From positions 49,468-113,467 of the forward strand of contig MEZH01000001.1 in assembly GCA_001775995.1 (NCBI GenBank): a stretch of DNA of 64,000 nt. Reading direction: 5' to 3'. The translations under genes were made by a program, and so were the position numbers. Positions 29,240-39,728 of the stretch are shown here, in pieces. Origin of the DNA: Candidatus Bathyarchaeota archaeon RBG_16_48_13. Lineage in GTDB: Archaea; Thermoproteota; Bathyarchaeia; RBG-16-48-13. Positions within the stretch are counted from its first letter, which is position 1, and every line of letters begins with the position of its first letter. Under the pieces are notes generated by a model. The model was not told where the DNA came from. It made no database searches and saw nothing but the letters and a program-made list of their open reading frames with translations.

Positions 29240-31042
29240 ATGGATGACTATCTCAACTCCGCTATAAGTCACTACAAATCATTATTCAATCTACCCTCTT
29301 ACAGAACCTTAGTGACTATTCTTTTCGTCTTGACTTCTGTAAGCGAAGGTGTAGCCTTTTCTTTCATCAAATATCAGTCGATCCTGACAGGTGTTGCTTT
29401 TGGAATTACGGCATTCTTCTTTCCATGTATTATGTCTGATTTCGTTACACAGAGAGCCTTCATGAGGGGTGATTCTCTCTTCACATTACGAAGACATGCT
29501 GGGCTATCATTGTTCTCATGCATTGTATGGGGACTATCTTCGATTATTGGAGCAGCTGCAACTAATTTGTCAACTACTGCATTTGACCTCTTTAGTAAAT
29601 CTCTATTACTGAGTTTCGCTTTCGTGACGGCCTTTCGTTTCTTAATCATAAACTCAACTTCTTCATTGGGTACGGGGCGGAAGGTTGCGACAATTCTTCT
29701 CCAGCCATTATTTTGCTTTGTTGTGGTCATTGCATATTTCCCAATCCTAGGAGCAAAAGATTTCTTCCTTATTCTTTTTGATACGATCACACTGTTGGGT
29801 GCATCTATCGTCTTCAGTAGGATCATTGATTCATACGGCAAGAGGACAATAGGCATCGGTGCTATTGACCTTTTCAAAGCTTTTGTCAATAGTTGGGCTG
29901 AAGGAATACCAACTGGTCTGGAATACCAATTTGAGAAACTGGGAGAAGAGATTGATGTGGAAATTGATCTCTTGGCATTCGAGGATTGTGAAAATCCCTT
30001 TGCCATAATGGTTGTCCCAGCACTTCATCCAGGTCCATTCAGAAATGTTGGAAGCAGCACGATACCTTATGATATACAAGAAAAGCTATCGAACAAGACT
30101 GGGGCGGTAGTCTGTGTACCCCATGGAACTGCGGGCCATGAACTGGACTTAACCTCAGCAGGACAACGTGAAAAAGTCATCCAGGCAGTAGTGGAATCCA
30201 TTCCTATTAAGGGATCATTCAAAGGCATAACCCGAATGGTTAGAGTTGAGAAGGATTATTTCAAAGCGAGTTGCCAGGTGTTAGGAAGAAGCGCTTTGGT
30301 GACACTCACGTGTTCTCCAAGGAGTACCGAAGATCTGCCGACGTCTTTAGGTAAGGCCTTGACCAAATTCAGTTTGGACTCTGGATTAGACGGTGCTGTT
30401 ATTATTGATTCACATAATTGCATAGAACAAGAGGCCTCATTCTTATCAATGGCAGATACTCTAGTTTTGCAGGAATGTGCCAAGGAAGCTATAAGAAGGG
30501 TAGTAAATGAGAAGCGGAGCCACTTTGAGTGCGGAGTATCGCACATTGTCCCTGAGGAGTTCTCTATGAATGATGGAATGGGACCTGGAGGCATAGTGGT
30601 TCTTGTCCTCAAAACGAAAAGTGATCATACAGCATATGTAACAATTGACGGCAATAATATGATCAAGGGAGTTCGGGAGAAGATTCTTGAATCAATTATT
30701 AATTTAGGGATCAATGACTGTGAGATTTTCACGACCGATACTCACGTTGTTAATGCAATAGGCCCTTCGAAAAGAGGATATCATCCGATTGGTGAAAAAA
30801 TTGACCAAAAAAAGCTACTCGACCTCATAAGGAAGGCAACACAAGAAGCTCTGAGTAACCTACGCGTGGCTAAGGTTGCTTTCAAGAAGATCAAGGTCAA
30901 AAAAGTAAAAGTATTGGGCGAGAAGAACATATTGGAAATCACGCGGCTAGTGGATGTCATTATGAAAAAAATAAAGACATTAGCTGTTACAATATTTCTT
31001 CCAGCGATAATTCTAGCCGTTGCCTTAACAGCTTTCTTTTGA
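29240..31042 (+). CDS. DUF2070-like membrane protein
   Basis: N-terminal TM bundle; HPGPF, PHG, DSHN and TTDTH motifs. Confidence 0.8.
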   Translation: MDDYLNSAISHYKSLFNLPSYRTLVTILFVLTSVSEGVAFSFIKYQSILTGVAFGITAFFFPCIMSDFVTQRAFMRGDSLFTLRRHAGLSLFSCIVWGLSSIIGAAATNLSTTAFDLFSKSLLLSFAFVTAFRFLIINSTSSLGTGRKVATILLQPLFCFVVVIAYFPILGAKDFFLILFDTITLLGASIVFSRIIDSYGKRTIGIGAIDLFKAFVNSWAEGIPTGLEYQFEKLGEEIDVEIDLLAFEDCENPFAIMVVPALHPGPFRNVGSSTIPYDIQEKLSNKTGAVVCVPHGTAGHELDLTSAGQREKVIQAVVESIPIKGSFKGITRMVRVEKDYFKASCQVLGRSALVTLTCSPRSTEDLPTSLGKALTKFSLDSGLDGAVIIDSHNCIEQEASFLSMADTLVLQECAKEAIRRVVNEKRSHFECGVSHIVPEEFSMNDGMGPGGIVVLVLKTKSDHTAYVTIDGNNMIKGVREKILESIINLGINDCEIFTTDTHVVNAIGPSKRGYHPIGEKIDQKKLLDLIRKATQEALSNLRVAKVAFKKIKVKKVKVLGEKNILEITRLVDVIMKKIKTLAVTIFLPAIILAVALTAFF

Positions 31043-31266
31043 GAAAATTGTTACCAGAATTAAACATTAAAGAATCAATTTCTTACAGAGATTTGTGTAA
31101 AATTCAGTTGACTTTGAATAAAGTACTTTAATTCATACTGTTTGACTTAATATCCAGGATCTCTAATAAGGAAAAAACGCGAATATGCAACTTTGTAGAT
31201 TAATAAGAAATGGTGACAATATTCATTCACTGAATTCAGAATACCATTTCTGCTAGAGTAGGAGGT

Positions 31267-33396
31267 ATGGTCGATATGGTCTATATTTCGAGGGTCAGGA
31301 ACATTCGAAAGCGCGATGGAAGGATAGTAGAATTTGATCAGAGCAAGATCGTCAGTGCCATATATAGAGCGGCGGCCTCGGTTGGGATAGATAAGAAGAA
31401 ACTCGCAAGAGAACTTGCAGGTAGAGTCACAGAGGAACTAAACACGAAGTTCGGCGAGCAGAAAATTCCAACTGTTGAGGATGTTCAAGATGTGGCAGAA
31501 AGGATATTGATGGAAGCAGGAGAGACTGAGATAGCTAAGTCTTACATTCTGTACAGACAGAAACGCAGAGAAATTCGGGAAACGAAAAAGGTTCTATTTG
31601 GGGTAGATGACGACCTAAAGCTATCAATCAATGCTGTTAGAGTTCTAGAAAGAAGATACTTACTGAAAGATAGCGATGGAAAGGTCGTTGAAACTCCGAG
31701 GCAAATGTTTCTCAGAGTCGCTCAAAATGTAGCTCTAGCAGATTTGATATACAATAAAGAAGTTGATCAAAAGAAGATTGAAGATGAATTCTTCCAGATG
31801 ATGGCAAATCAAGAATTCATGCCAAATTCCCCGACATTGATGAATGCCGGCACGGATCTAGGCCAACTCTCGGCATGCTTCGTGCTTCCTATAGAGGATT
31901 CAATGGTGAGCATATTCGATGCATTGAAAGGAGCAGCGTTAATCCATAAATCCGGAGGGGGTACCGGATTCTCTTTCTCCAGACTAAGGCCGAAAGGCGA
32001 CTTCGTGAAATCAACCTTCGGTGTGGCCTCAGGCCCGCTATCATTTATGCGGATCTTTGATTCGGCAACAGATGTCATAAAGCAAGGAGGCAAGAGACGC
32101 GGAGCTAACATGGGAATATTGCGAGTTGACCATCCTGACATCCTAGAATTTATTACGGCTAAAGAGCGCAACGACGTCCTGAACAATTTCAATATTTCAG
32201 TCGCTGTGACGGATAAATTCATGGATGCGTTAAAGAATGACCAAGAGTATGACCTTAGAAATCCACGAATGAATACTATGGTCAAAAGGTTGTTGGCCAG
32301 AAAGATTTTTGACCTCATGGTTACCATGGCATGGAAAAACGGCGAGCCAGGGGTAGTTTTTATAGACCGCATAAATCGAGATAACCCGACACCGAAGTTA
32401 GGAGAAATAGAGAGCACCAACCCCTGTGGAGAACAACCTCTCCTCCCATATGAGTCATGTAATCTCGGCTCCATAAACTTGTCAAAGGTCGCAGAAGACG
32501 AGGAGATCAATTGGAACAAGTTAAGGAGAATAATCAAGAGTGCAGTGCATTTTTTGGACAATGTAATAGATCAAAACAAGTATCCTTTGGCTGAAATAGA
32601 AAAGATGACAAAAGCGAATCGCAAAATTGGGTTGGGAGTAATGGGATTCGCAGATATGCTTGTTGCTCTTAATATATCATACAACTCTGAAGAAGCGATT
32701 AGTATAGCTGATAAGGTTATGGAGTTTATTCATCTGGAGGCAAGGAAAGCTTCAATGGAATTGGCAAAGGAACGGGGAACCTTTCCGAATTTCAAGGACA
32801 GCATATGTGAGAACTCGGGGATGCCTCTACGGAATGCCACAGTAACTACGATAGCCCCAACAGGCACTATCAGTATAATAGCGGGGTGCTCAAGTGGCAT
32901 CGAACCAATATTCGCCATATCGTTCATCAGAAATATTATGGACAACACGGAAATGTTGGAGGTTTATCCACTATTTGAAGAAGTAGCAAGAAGAGAAAGG
33001 ATCTACTCGGATGATTTGATGAGACAAATAGCAAAAAAAGGTTCAATTCAGATGATAGAGGAAATTCCAAAAAAGATGCGTGATGTGTTCGTCACATCAC
33101 ATGATATCGAGCCGGAATGGCACGTCAGAATGCAGTCAACCTTTCAAAAACATGTTGACAATGCGGTATCAAAGACCTTGAACTTACCTACTGAAGCCAC
33201 AGTTCAAGATGTGGAGAGGATCTTCCTCCTAGCTTATGAATTAGGATGCAAAGGTATCACTGTTTATAGGTATGGGAGTAGAGAGTCCCAAGTTTTGAAT
33301 ATAGAAGCAGTCAATAAAAGGCGTTCTCTTCCAGAAGATACTGTATTACAAGCTGAACAGAAAGAATACTCAGGCGGATGTCCCAATTGTTCATGA
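31267..33396 (+). CDS. nrdJ: Class II (AdoCbl-dependent) ribonucleotide reductase with ATP cone
   Basis: N-terminal KRDGR ATP cone; [28 protein letters not shown]; no intein. Confidence 0.93.
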   Translation: MVDMVYISRVRNIRKRDGRIVEFDQSKIVSAIYRAAASVGIDKKKLARELAGRVTEELNTKFGEQKIPTVEDVQDVAERILMEAGETEIAKSYILYRQKRREIRETKKVLFGVDDDLKLSINAVRVLERRYLLKDSDGKVVETPRQMFLRVAQNVALADLIYNKEVDQKKIEDEFFQMMANQEFMPNSPTLMNAGTDLGQLSACFVLPIEDSMVSIFDALKGAALIHKSGGGTGFSFSRLRPKGDFVKSTFGVASGPLSFMRIFDSATDVIKQGGKRRGANMGILRVDHPDILEFITAKERNDVLNNFNISVAVTDKFMDALKNDQEYDLRNPRMNTMVKRLLARKIFDLMVTMAWKNGEPGVVFIDRINRDNPTPKLGEIESTNPCGEQPLLPYESCNLGSINLSKVAEDEEINWNKLRRIIKSAVHFLDNVIDQNKYPLAEIEKMTKANRKIGLGVMGFADMLVALNISYNSEEAISIADKVMEFIHLEARKASMELAKERGTFPNFKDSICENSGMPLRNATVTTIAPTGTISIIAGCSSGIEPIFAISFIRNIMDNTEMLEVYPLFEEVARRERIYSDDLMRQIAKKGSIQMIEEIPKKMRDVFVTSHDIEPEWHVRMQSTFQKHVDNAVSKTLNLPTEATVQDVERIFLLAYELGCKGITVYRYGSRESQVLNIEAVNKRRSLPEDTVLQAEQKEYSGGCPNCS

Positions 33397-33588
33397 TAGA
33401 TTAGATCATGGCAGGCGAGGAAGTCAAGTTCTGAGTCTATTTCAATGAAGTCACTTTAGTGCAACTTATTGAAGGAATATAGAGCTCCTAAGAACTTATC
33501 AAAAACGATAGACTTAGCATCATAGTTAGACATCATTTGAAATGTGGTTTATGTAGCTAGAATATGAGATTATTGAACCCAAAATGGA

Positions 33589-33741
33589 GGCCGCCGGGGA
33601 GACTTTCCCATAGGGAACGGATCTCTCTATGCTTTGAACTCCCCCTCCCGGCTCCATTGGCCCCTTTACTGGTAAGGACAGGCCGGTACGCTGCCAGGTT
33701 CCGCGAAGACCCAAATAAGCCTTCACTACGTTACGGCGGCC
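33589..33741 (-). tRNA. tRNA-His(GTG) with encoded G-1 and three introns (15/16, 34/35, 59/60)
   Basis: G-GCCGCCG/CGGCGGC-C; introns 33699-33725, 33657-33678 and 33603-33632; spliced arm CCGGC CT-GTG-GA GCCGG. Confidence 0.82.
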
Positions 33742-33844
33742 ACCAGGTTTTAGTGAAACCCAGCGCATTTATCAACATTTCCTCGGAAAGGTATAAAACA
33801 TAATTATTATGGTTTAAAGGATTTGCAGCTAGATAGCAATCTGG

Positions 33845-33977
33845 GGGCCGGTAGCTCAGCCTGGTATGAATGCATGACTCAATAAAAGAGTAAGCAGTAT
33901 TGGCACTCGGTTTGCAGGAATTCATAACATTCCAAAACACCGAGGGGTCGCGGGTCCAAATCCCGCCCGGTCCACCA
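33845..33977 (+). tRNA. tRNA-Ala(TGC) with two introns (D-arm, about 23/24, and 37/38)
   Basis: GGGCCGG/CCGGTCC with G3-U70, A73 and CCA; perfect BHB at 37/38. Confidence 0.87.
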
Positions 33978-34131
33978 TTGAAGAGGATTTGAATTATCGG
34001 AATTCTACGGAGCATGATGTTACAATTGCAGTTGGATGAATGATGGGTACGCGGTCCATGGACGATATAAAAATCTGGAAGACCCAAGTTGATTGCTTTC
34101 GAAAAGGTAGATTTCTAACGCTATCAGCAAT

Positions 34132-34275
34132 TCAATCGTCAATATCTCTCAATTTTCCATAACATAATTTGCAAAGTCAATGGGTAGCCATGCAGCTGTA
34201 GCATACGGTTTTATTGCATCATCTGCAGGTGAATGCAGTAATCGATTTCTTACATATGGAACAGAATGTCTGCAG
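34132..34275 (-). pseudogene. Small 8-Cys zinc-finger reading frame with two in-frame TGA codons
   Basis: LQTFCSICKKSITAFTCR*CNKTVCYSCMATH*LCKLCYGKLRDIDD: four CxxC pairs; immediately downstream of DP2. Confidence 0.6.
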
Positions 34276-34291
34276 GATTTCACTCTTCCAT

Positions 34292-37200
34292 TCATATGAA
34301 ATCTTGCAGTGTGACGACCTTCTTTTTCTCCTCTTGAAATAAAGATTCGAGATCTTCTCTTATTATGGCGATCCTTTGCTGATAATACTCATGTAGCCCA
34401 TATTTCTTTGCCATTTCTTCGGTTATTTCGATATATTTTGCTACGGCTCCTCTGTAAACAGTGAGAACCAAGTCGCCTCCGCACTTATTGCATTTACCAT
34501 TCAACGGAATTCTCCTAAACTTTGTATTACAATGCTTGCAGCGAAAGGTCTGGGTTGAAAAGGCCCTCATATTTCCAACTATATCACGTATCAAATGTGA
34601 GGTTAAAATTCTCTTTGCGACTTCCTTTACGTCAACTGCCATTATTTTCTCAGAGAGCAGAAGCTGAGCGTTCATTTTATCTTCCATGGTCTTTAGTTGT
34701 TTGTAAATACTTTCGTGGTTTCCTTGATTTATATTTGAAACCGCGTGAGTGAAAAAGTAAGACTGATATTGCGCAGAGGTTCCCAATCTATGGGACACTA
34801 AATCGATTATTTTAGAGGTACTTTTTGCATCTTTCTCTTGGATAGATCTCTGATAGAATTCTAGAGGATAAGATGATCCTACATCCATATTGTGGACTTG
34901 ATCATCTACTTCGAGAGGATTAATTGTGGGTGTTATGAGTAGAGGTGCGTCCATAAGGCCGCCTATTTGTGAAGGAAGGAATAATTTGGAAAAGTTGATT
35001 AGAGCGTCCAAAAGTAGCATTATCGCATCTTCATCACCATCACAATCTCGACGCTTGGCAGCATGCCAAAGTGGATGTGCATAGCAGACATTAGCGTTTG
35101 TGAATCCAATTATTCTACCTACGATTCCTACAGAAGTATGTGGCGCGAGACCTAATACTAATTGACCTAATAGGTTTAGATGTTCGGTTGTCTCATAAAA
35201 TGGTGGGAGATTGTATACCTTTTGTAGTAGCTCATTTAGGAAAATCGTGCATCTAAACAGATGGTCGAGGGCTTTGGATGGCACTATTATGTCCTGAATC
35301 ATCAATTCGCATATTTGACTTGGATCGACCAGCGGTTCACCGTTCATATCATGAGTATAACCAAATTCAACAAGTCTACCTAGCGATACTCCGATCTCGG
35401 AAGGTTTGAAATGTGTCAACGGAACATTTGTCGCATCGAATCTTATCGTTCCGTCTTTGAAGACGTATAAGCCATGTTTTGATCTTAGGATGCCTTTTTC
35501 TATTATTTCGGGAGTCTTTGTCTCGCTCATCAATCCTTTGACGCCCTTCACAAGCTCTGGAGGACTTGTTTTGAGTCTCTTTACTGCATCCTCAAAGAGA
35601 AGTTTCAAATTGGTTGGTCTATTCTCATAGAATTGCCCCGGGACATTGCAGTTTGGGCATAGATCATTTTTGAGTACTCTTCCGCAAATATTGCATTTCT
35701 TTTCTTGTCTAGTCATTTCGTTGCATAAGGGGCAGACAAGTTCATGAGTGACTATTCCACATGGATCGCATTTCCGTGTTATTATGTCAACATTTATGAT
35801 ACCTTTTTTTGCAGCTTCTACAACGTTTCTGTGTGGTCCTCCATTCATACCGATAGGGAAGAGAACATGTACCGGAGGGGTTGTTTCCCTTTGTTTGGCC
35901 TTCTCCGGCCGGCCCATACGCGATCCTACAAAAGTCGGTGCATTGTCCTTAACTAACCCGTTTGTGATCTTCTGAACTAGGTTGAGTCCGTTTTCGACGC
36001 CATCTGTGGATATATTTGATCTATTTAGGCCCAAGCAAAACGAAAGAATCGAGAATTCTTCGCCAAAAACTATCGTATCATCCTTTATCGTAAACTGGAA
36101 AAGTAACTTTTCTAGAATATCTGTCACTTCCTTGTTCTTTGGAAGAGTAATACCGGTCTTCAAATGCTGTAGTGTGTCAGTAGAGTCTAGCAAGTGATTC
36201 CGGAGTCTGATAAAATCAGTGAGAGTCAAGTTATTCCACATATAGGTGTAGCGGGGATGCAGAGGAACTGCCAACTCCCTTGAGAACTTCAGGGCTTCTT
36301 CGGGCGATGGATGGTAATGGGTAGGATTAGATAGAATCCTTTCGAGGTCTTGAGCAGTGAAATTCACAGATTCGGCTGCCCTTTCTAAAGAATTATCGAA
36401 TCTACGCGCTATGATATGATTGAAGTCCTTGGCCCACCACTCTTCTACATATGCTGACGGAACAAGTGGCTTATTGTTTTCTAGAAAATCTCCAAAAGGA
36501 ATGAGGATATCTCCTAGGAAGAGTATCTTGTCTACGTCGCTTTTGATTTGCTTTGCCATATCTTCTGAATCTATTCTAACAACTGAGCCATCAAAAAGTT
36601 TCACAATTGGTCCTTCAATTGAGTCAACAGGCATCACTACTCCGCCTTTCCCTGGTTTCTCTAGTCTTACTTGCGTGCCAGTTGCAAGGAAGCCATCTAG
36701 AAGTATTATGGTACAAGGATGTATACCAATGGCTGATATCCCGGTATTTCTAGCTCTTCCGTACCTTAGCCGGAATCCACCGGTTCTAGAAGGAAATGAG
36801 AAGATTGGGCGGCCTGCCAGGATATCTTCCATAAACATGAATTCTTTGGATTCCTCAAGTGAAACTTCTTTAAAATCTTGGATGTGTTTGAGCCATTCCC
36901 AACCAGTGATGTTAAGTCTTTCTATTATGCTTAGTACCTTCCTAGATCTTCCAATTATGCCATCGTTTACCACACGTAAGGCTCCAGCTCGAATCTGATT
37001 TGTCTCAATTCTACTCAGATTACGATATGATACCACTTCTATTGGATCCGTGGATACCCCAGTGACTTCAACGGGAAGGTTTTCCAATACATTTCTCAAT
37101 TCCATATCAGAAATATGATACTGGAATCTCGAAACCTCTCTTTCGTAAATCCGGATCTCTTCTAGAAATCGATTCATTTCTTCTACGCTGGGTTTATACT

Positions 37201-37714
37201 TGTCTAAACCTTGAATCTTTCTGACGTAGTCACCTATGACCAAAGTCAGTGCTTGGTCCGTGCCTCCTGCAGATCTTATTGGTCCAGCGAAATATATTGC
37301 TAGATACCTAGTTTTGTCGAAGTTTTGTTTCACATCAATTCTAGATATGCCTTGAAGAGGGGCAACGGTTATGCCTTCGGTTAGAATAGCAAGAGCAGTT
37401 CTGATGGCCTGATCCAGTGCCTGTTTTGAGTTTGTCTGAGCAAATTTACCATAAACAATTTCCTCTGCAATTTTGAAAGCCATCTCTTCTCGTTTCATGG
37501 ACTTGGACAATTCTCTAATCCGTTCTGCAGCACCCACTGGACCAACCATTTCTTCGACCATTTCAGCCATATCTCTTGCAGTATGAATCTCTGGTTCTGG
37601 AGATGGATCCAAACACTTGGCCCTAGCGCTCTTTGCGACTTCGTACAAGAACCCAAGGTTCCTATTGATATCTGAAAAGTAAGAACGGTATCTTTCGGAA
37701 AGCAATGATGGCAA
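34292..37714 (-). CDS. polC: DNA polymerase D large subunit DP2
   Basis: AGPIRSAGGT, GGFRLRYGRARN, HAAKRRDCDGDED and a C-terminal zinc finger; no intein. Confidence 0.96.
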   Translation of the reverse strand: MPSLLSERYRSYFSDINRNLGFLYEVAKSARAKCLDPSPEPEIHTARDMAEMVEEMVGPVGAAERIRELSKSMKREEMAFKIAEEIVYGKFAQTNSKQALDQAIRTALAILTEGITVAPLQGISRIDVKQNFDKTRYLAIYFAGPIRSAGGTDQALTLVIGDYVRKIQGLDKYKPSVEEMNRFLEEIRIYEREVSRFQYHISDMELRNVLENLPVEVTGVSTDPIEVVSYRNLSRIETNQIRAGALRVVNDGIIGRSRKVLSIIERLNITGWEWLKHIQDFKEVSLEESKEFMFMEDILAGRPIFSFPSRTGGFRLRYGRARNTGISAIGIHPCTIILLDGFLATGTQVRLEKPGKGGVVMPVDSIEGPIVKLFDGSVVRIDSEDMAKQIKSDVDKILFLGDILIPFGDFLENNKPLVPSAYVEEWWAKDFNHIIARRFDNSLERAAESVNFTAQDLERILSNPTHYHPSPEEALKFSRELAVPLHPRYTYMWNNLTLTDFIRLRNHLLDSTDTLQHLKTGITLPKNKEVTDILEKLLFQFTIKDDTIVFGEEFSILSFCLGLNRSNISTDGVENGLNLVQKITNGLVKDNAPTFVGSRMGRPEKAKQRETTPPVHVLFPIGMNGGPHRNVVEAAKKGIINVDIITRKCDPCGIVTHELVCPLCNEMTRQEKKCNICGRVLKNDLCPNCNVPGQFYENRPTNLKLLFEDAVKRLKTSPPELVKGVKGLMSETKTPEIIEKGILRSKHGLYVFKDGTIRFDATNVPLTHFKPSEIGVSLGRLVEFGYTHDMNGEPLVDPSQICELMIQDIIVPSKALDHLFRCTIFLNELLQKVYNLPPFYETTEHLNLLGQLVLGLAPHTSVGIVGRIIGFTNANVCYAHPLWHAAKRRDCDGDEDAIMLLLDALINFSKLFLPSQIGGLMDAPLLITPTINPLEVDDQVHNMDVGSSYPLEFYQRSIQEKDAKSTSKIIDLVSHRLGTSAQYQSYFFTHAVSNINQGNHESIYKQLKTMEDKMNAQLLLSEKIMAVDVKEVAKRILTSHLIRDIVGNMRAFSTQTFRCKHCNTKFRRIPLNGKCNKCGGDLVLTVYRGAVAKYIEITEEMAKKYGLHEYYQQRIAIIREDLESLFQEEKKKVVTLQDFI

Positions 37715-37749
37715 GGTTTTTTCCTCTTTATTTGGGAAGAAAAAGAAAT

Positions 37750-38061
37750 TTACTCAGAATATATTCTGCAAAAGACTATGATATTCCACTTCTGTTTTGG
37801 TCTGCTGGTAGCCTTTTGGTAAGATTGTGATGCCAGCTCCGTTCTGTGATCTGCGCAATCTCTGCATTTATTGTGTCGAGTGTCAGATGGACCGTCGCAT
37901 GAGCCGCAATTGAGGAGGAGGACTTCACCCAAGCTTCTCAAGGTTGTCCAGGCGTATTCTTGCTCTTCAAAATGCGGTTCAAAATCTGGCCAAACTTCAT
38001 AGGCGTTTGGTGTGTCAAGCGATTTTTTGAGAGCCGAAAAAAAACTCTCAAATGATGTCAT
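37750..38061 (-). CDS. Hypothetical Cys-cluster protein
   Basis: CGSCDGPSD...CRDC motif; lies between the GGGP synthase and DP2 genes in the same orientation. Confidence 0.7.
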   Translation of the reverse strand: MTSFESFFSALKKSLDTPNAYEVWPDFEPHFEEQEYAWTTLRSLGEVLLLNCGSCDGPSDTRHNKCRDCADHRTELASQSYQKATSRPKQKWNIIVFCRIYSE

Positions 38062-38840
38062 CCACTTTTTCTCCTTTCGACCGCCGAATGCATGCCATCC
38101 ACGAACTTGGAGATATTCTCTTCTGCATTTATCTCATCTTCTATGGCTGTTCCAGTTACTAGGATATCAGCACCTGCTAATACGCTTTGGAATGCATCTT
38201 CCTTAGCTCGAATTCCACCTCCAACCACCAATCGTGATCCAGTCGCTTTTTTGACAATCTGAATCATATTTGGGGGTATTGGACTTTTTACCCCAGAACC
38301 GGCTTCTAAATATACGAAACGCATACCTAGAAACTGCGCTGCAAGAGCATACATAGCTGCGATTTCAGGCTTGTCGTAAGGGATTGGATTTGCTTGACCG
38401 ATAAAGCCTGCTGCTCCACCTTCTCCTATTATGAGGTAGCCTAAGGGGATTGTCTCAAGCCCAGTCTCTTTTATTGCGGGAGCCCCCAGAGCCTGCGCCC
38501 CTATTATGAAATATGGATTAGTAGAATTTAGAAGAGACATGAACCAAATTGCATCAGCATATGGACTTATACTTGTTATGTTATTTGGAAATATAATCAC
38601 CGGGAGCTTGACAGACCGTTTTATCGACCTAATCACATTATTCAACAGGTCGATAGAAGACAGGGTTGAGCCACCTATCATGATACCAGCTGAACCGGCC
38701 TTTTCTGCTGCAACAGATATTCGCTCGGATTTTTCCGGTGAAGCCTTCTCAGGATCCAGCAATGTAAAGTGGATGGCTCCTTCCCTAGATATGCGCTCAG
38801 TGATTAGAGTCTCAATCACACCCATAAAAGGAGTCCTCAA
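38058..38840 (-). CDS. Geranylgeranylglyceryl phosphate synthase
   Basis: TLLDPEK, IMIGGST, YLEAGSG, VGGGIR, VTGT. Confidence 0.92.
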   Translation of the reverse strand: MRTPFMGVIETLITERISREGAIHFTLLDPEKASPEKSERISVAAEKAGSAGIMIGGSTLSSIDLLNNVIRSIKRSVKLPVIIFPNNITSISPYADAIWFMSLLNSTNPYFIIGAQALGAPAIKETGLETIPLGYLIIGEGGAAGFIGQANPIPYDKPEIAAMYALAAQFLGMRFVYLEAGSGVKSPIPPNMIQIVKKATGSRLVVGGGIRAKEDAFQSVLAGADILVTGTAIEDEINAEENISKFVDGMHSAVERRKSG

Positions 38841-38846
38841 AGGTTG

Positions 38847-39077
38847 TTACTTTCCATAGAACTTATCGATAAATCTGCAATATATGTCAACTGGTTGATC
38901 TACACGCGTTATTGTCAATTGTTCTTTTAACCCACAGCTTCCACATTGAACCGATGCACTGGTTATATCTGATGATAGCGCAACTTTTACAGACTCTTTG
39001 CCACATTTCGGGCATAGGAAAATTTGTGGAAGCCTCTTCTTGGGTATCTTAACTACTCTTCTTTTCCGGCGTCCCAT
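38847..39077 (-). CDS. elf1: Elf1-like transcription elongation factor
   Basis: MGRRKRR...FLCPKCG...CGSCG...VDIYCRFID. Confidence 0.88.
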   Translation of the reverse strand: MGRRKRRVVKIPKKRLPQIFLCPKCGKESVKVALSSDITSASVQCGSCGLKEQLTITRVDQPVDIYCRFIDKFYGK

Positions 39078-39134
39078 ACAATGTCACTCATTCCAGAATG
39101 AGGAATTCTCGGGTATATTATTCTTATTGCGCTC

Positions 39135-39728
39135 ATGTTGAATCATACTCAACTCTATGTGAATCCATCCAATTTATTGGATTTCAGGTATAGTTTATAT
39201 CTGTTAATACCTACGATTATACCCGCGAATACAAAAATGGCTCCACATGAGGTTATCTTAGTGTATGAAATGGAAGCTGAAATTCGTGAAAAAATGGATG
39301 ACCTACTTAAAGATTCTATATTGACATTGCTGTTAAGCAGGAGTCAATTAACCCGAATACAGGCTGAGACTCTGTTTATAGAGGCATTAACGAACGATTT
39401 GGCAGAAAGAACATTAAATAGTGACGTAAAAGCTAAAATAAGGTCCAAAAATAAAGCTTTAACTAGAGGCGCCTTTAATAGGACATTAAGTCAGGCTAAA
39501 TCTAATATAAGAAGGTCTATTTTCACAATTCTATTGTTAAATTATGTAGGATTGCTTCCTAGTTTGGGGCTAACCTATTTTGAGGAGGCCACAAATAAAC
39601 TCAAGGAGTACCTCGAGACATACAAAGGATTATCGAATGCCGATGTATCATCAAGTGAATATTACAAAAAGCTTAGAATATTGCGAAGCGAACTAGAGGA
39701 TCTATTTAGTCAACTGATGAAGATGTGA
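39135..39728 (+). CDS. Hypothetical helical protein, possibly HTH (true start probably about 39260)
   Basis: TRGAFNRTLSQAKSNIRRSIFTILLLNYVGLL segment; family not named. Confidence 0.68.
   Translation: MLNHTQLYVNPSNLLDFRYSLYLLIPTIIPANTKMAPHEVILVYEMEAEIREKMDDLLKDSILTLLLSRSQLTRIQAETLFIEALTNDLAERTLNSDVKAKIRSKNKALTRGAFNRTLSQAKSNIRRSIFTILLLNYVGLLPSLGLTYFEEATNKLKEYLETYKGLSNADVSSSEYYKKLRILRSELEDLFSQLMKM

Noticed and set aside
33526-34087. Track ORFs 33526-33768, 33564-33803 and 33731-34087
   Set aside because: They are explained by tRNA-His and tRNA-Ala with their introns.
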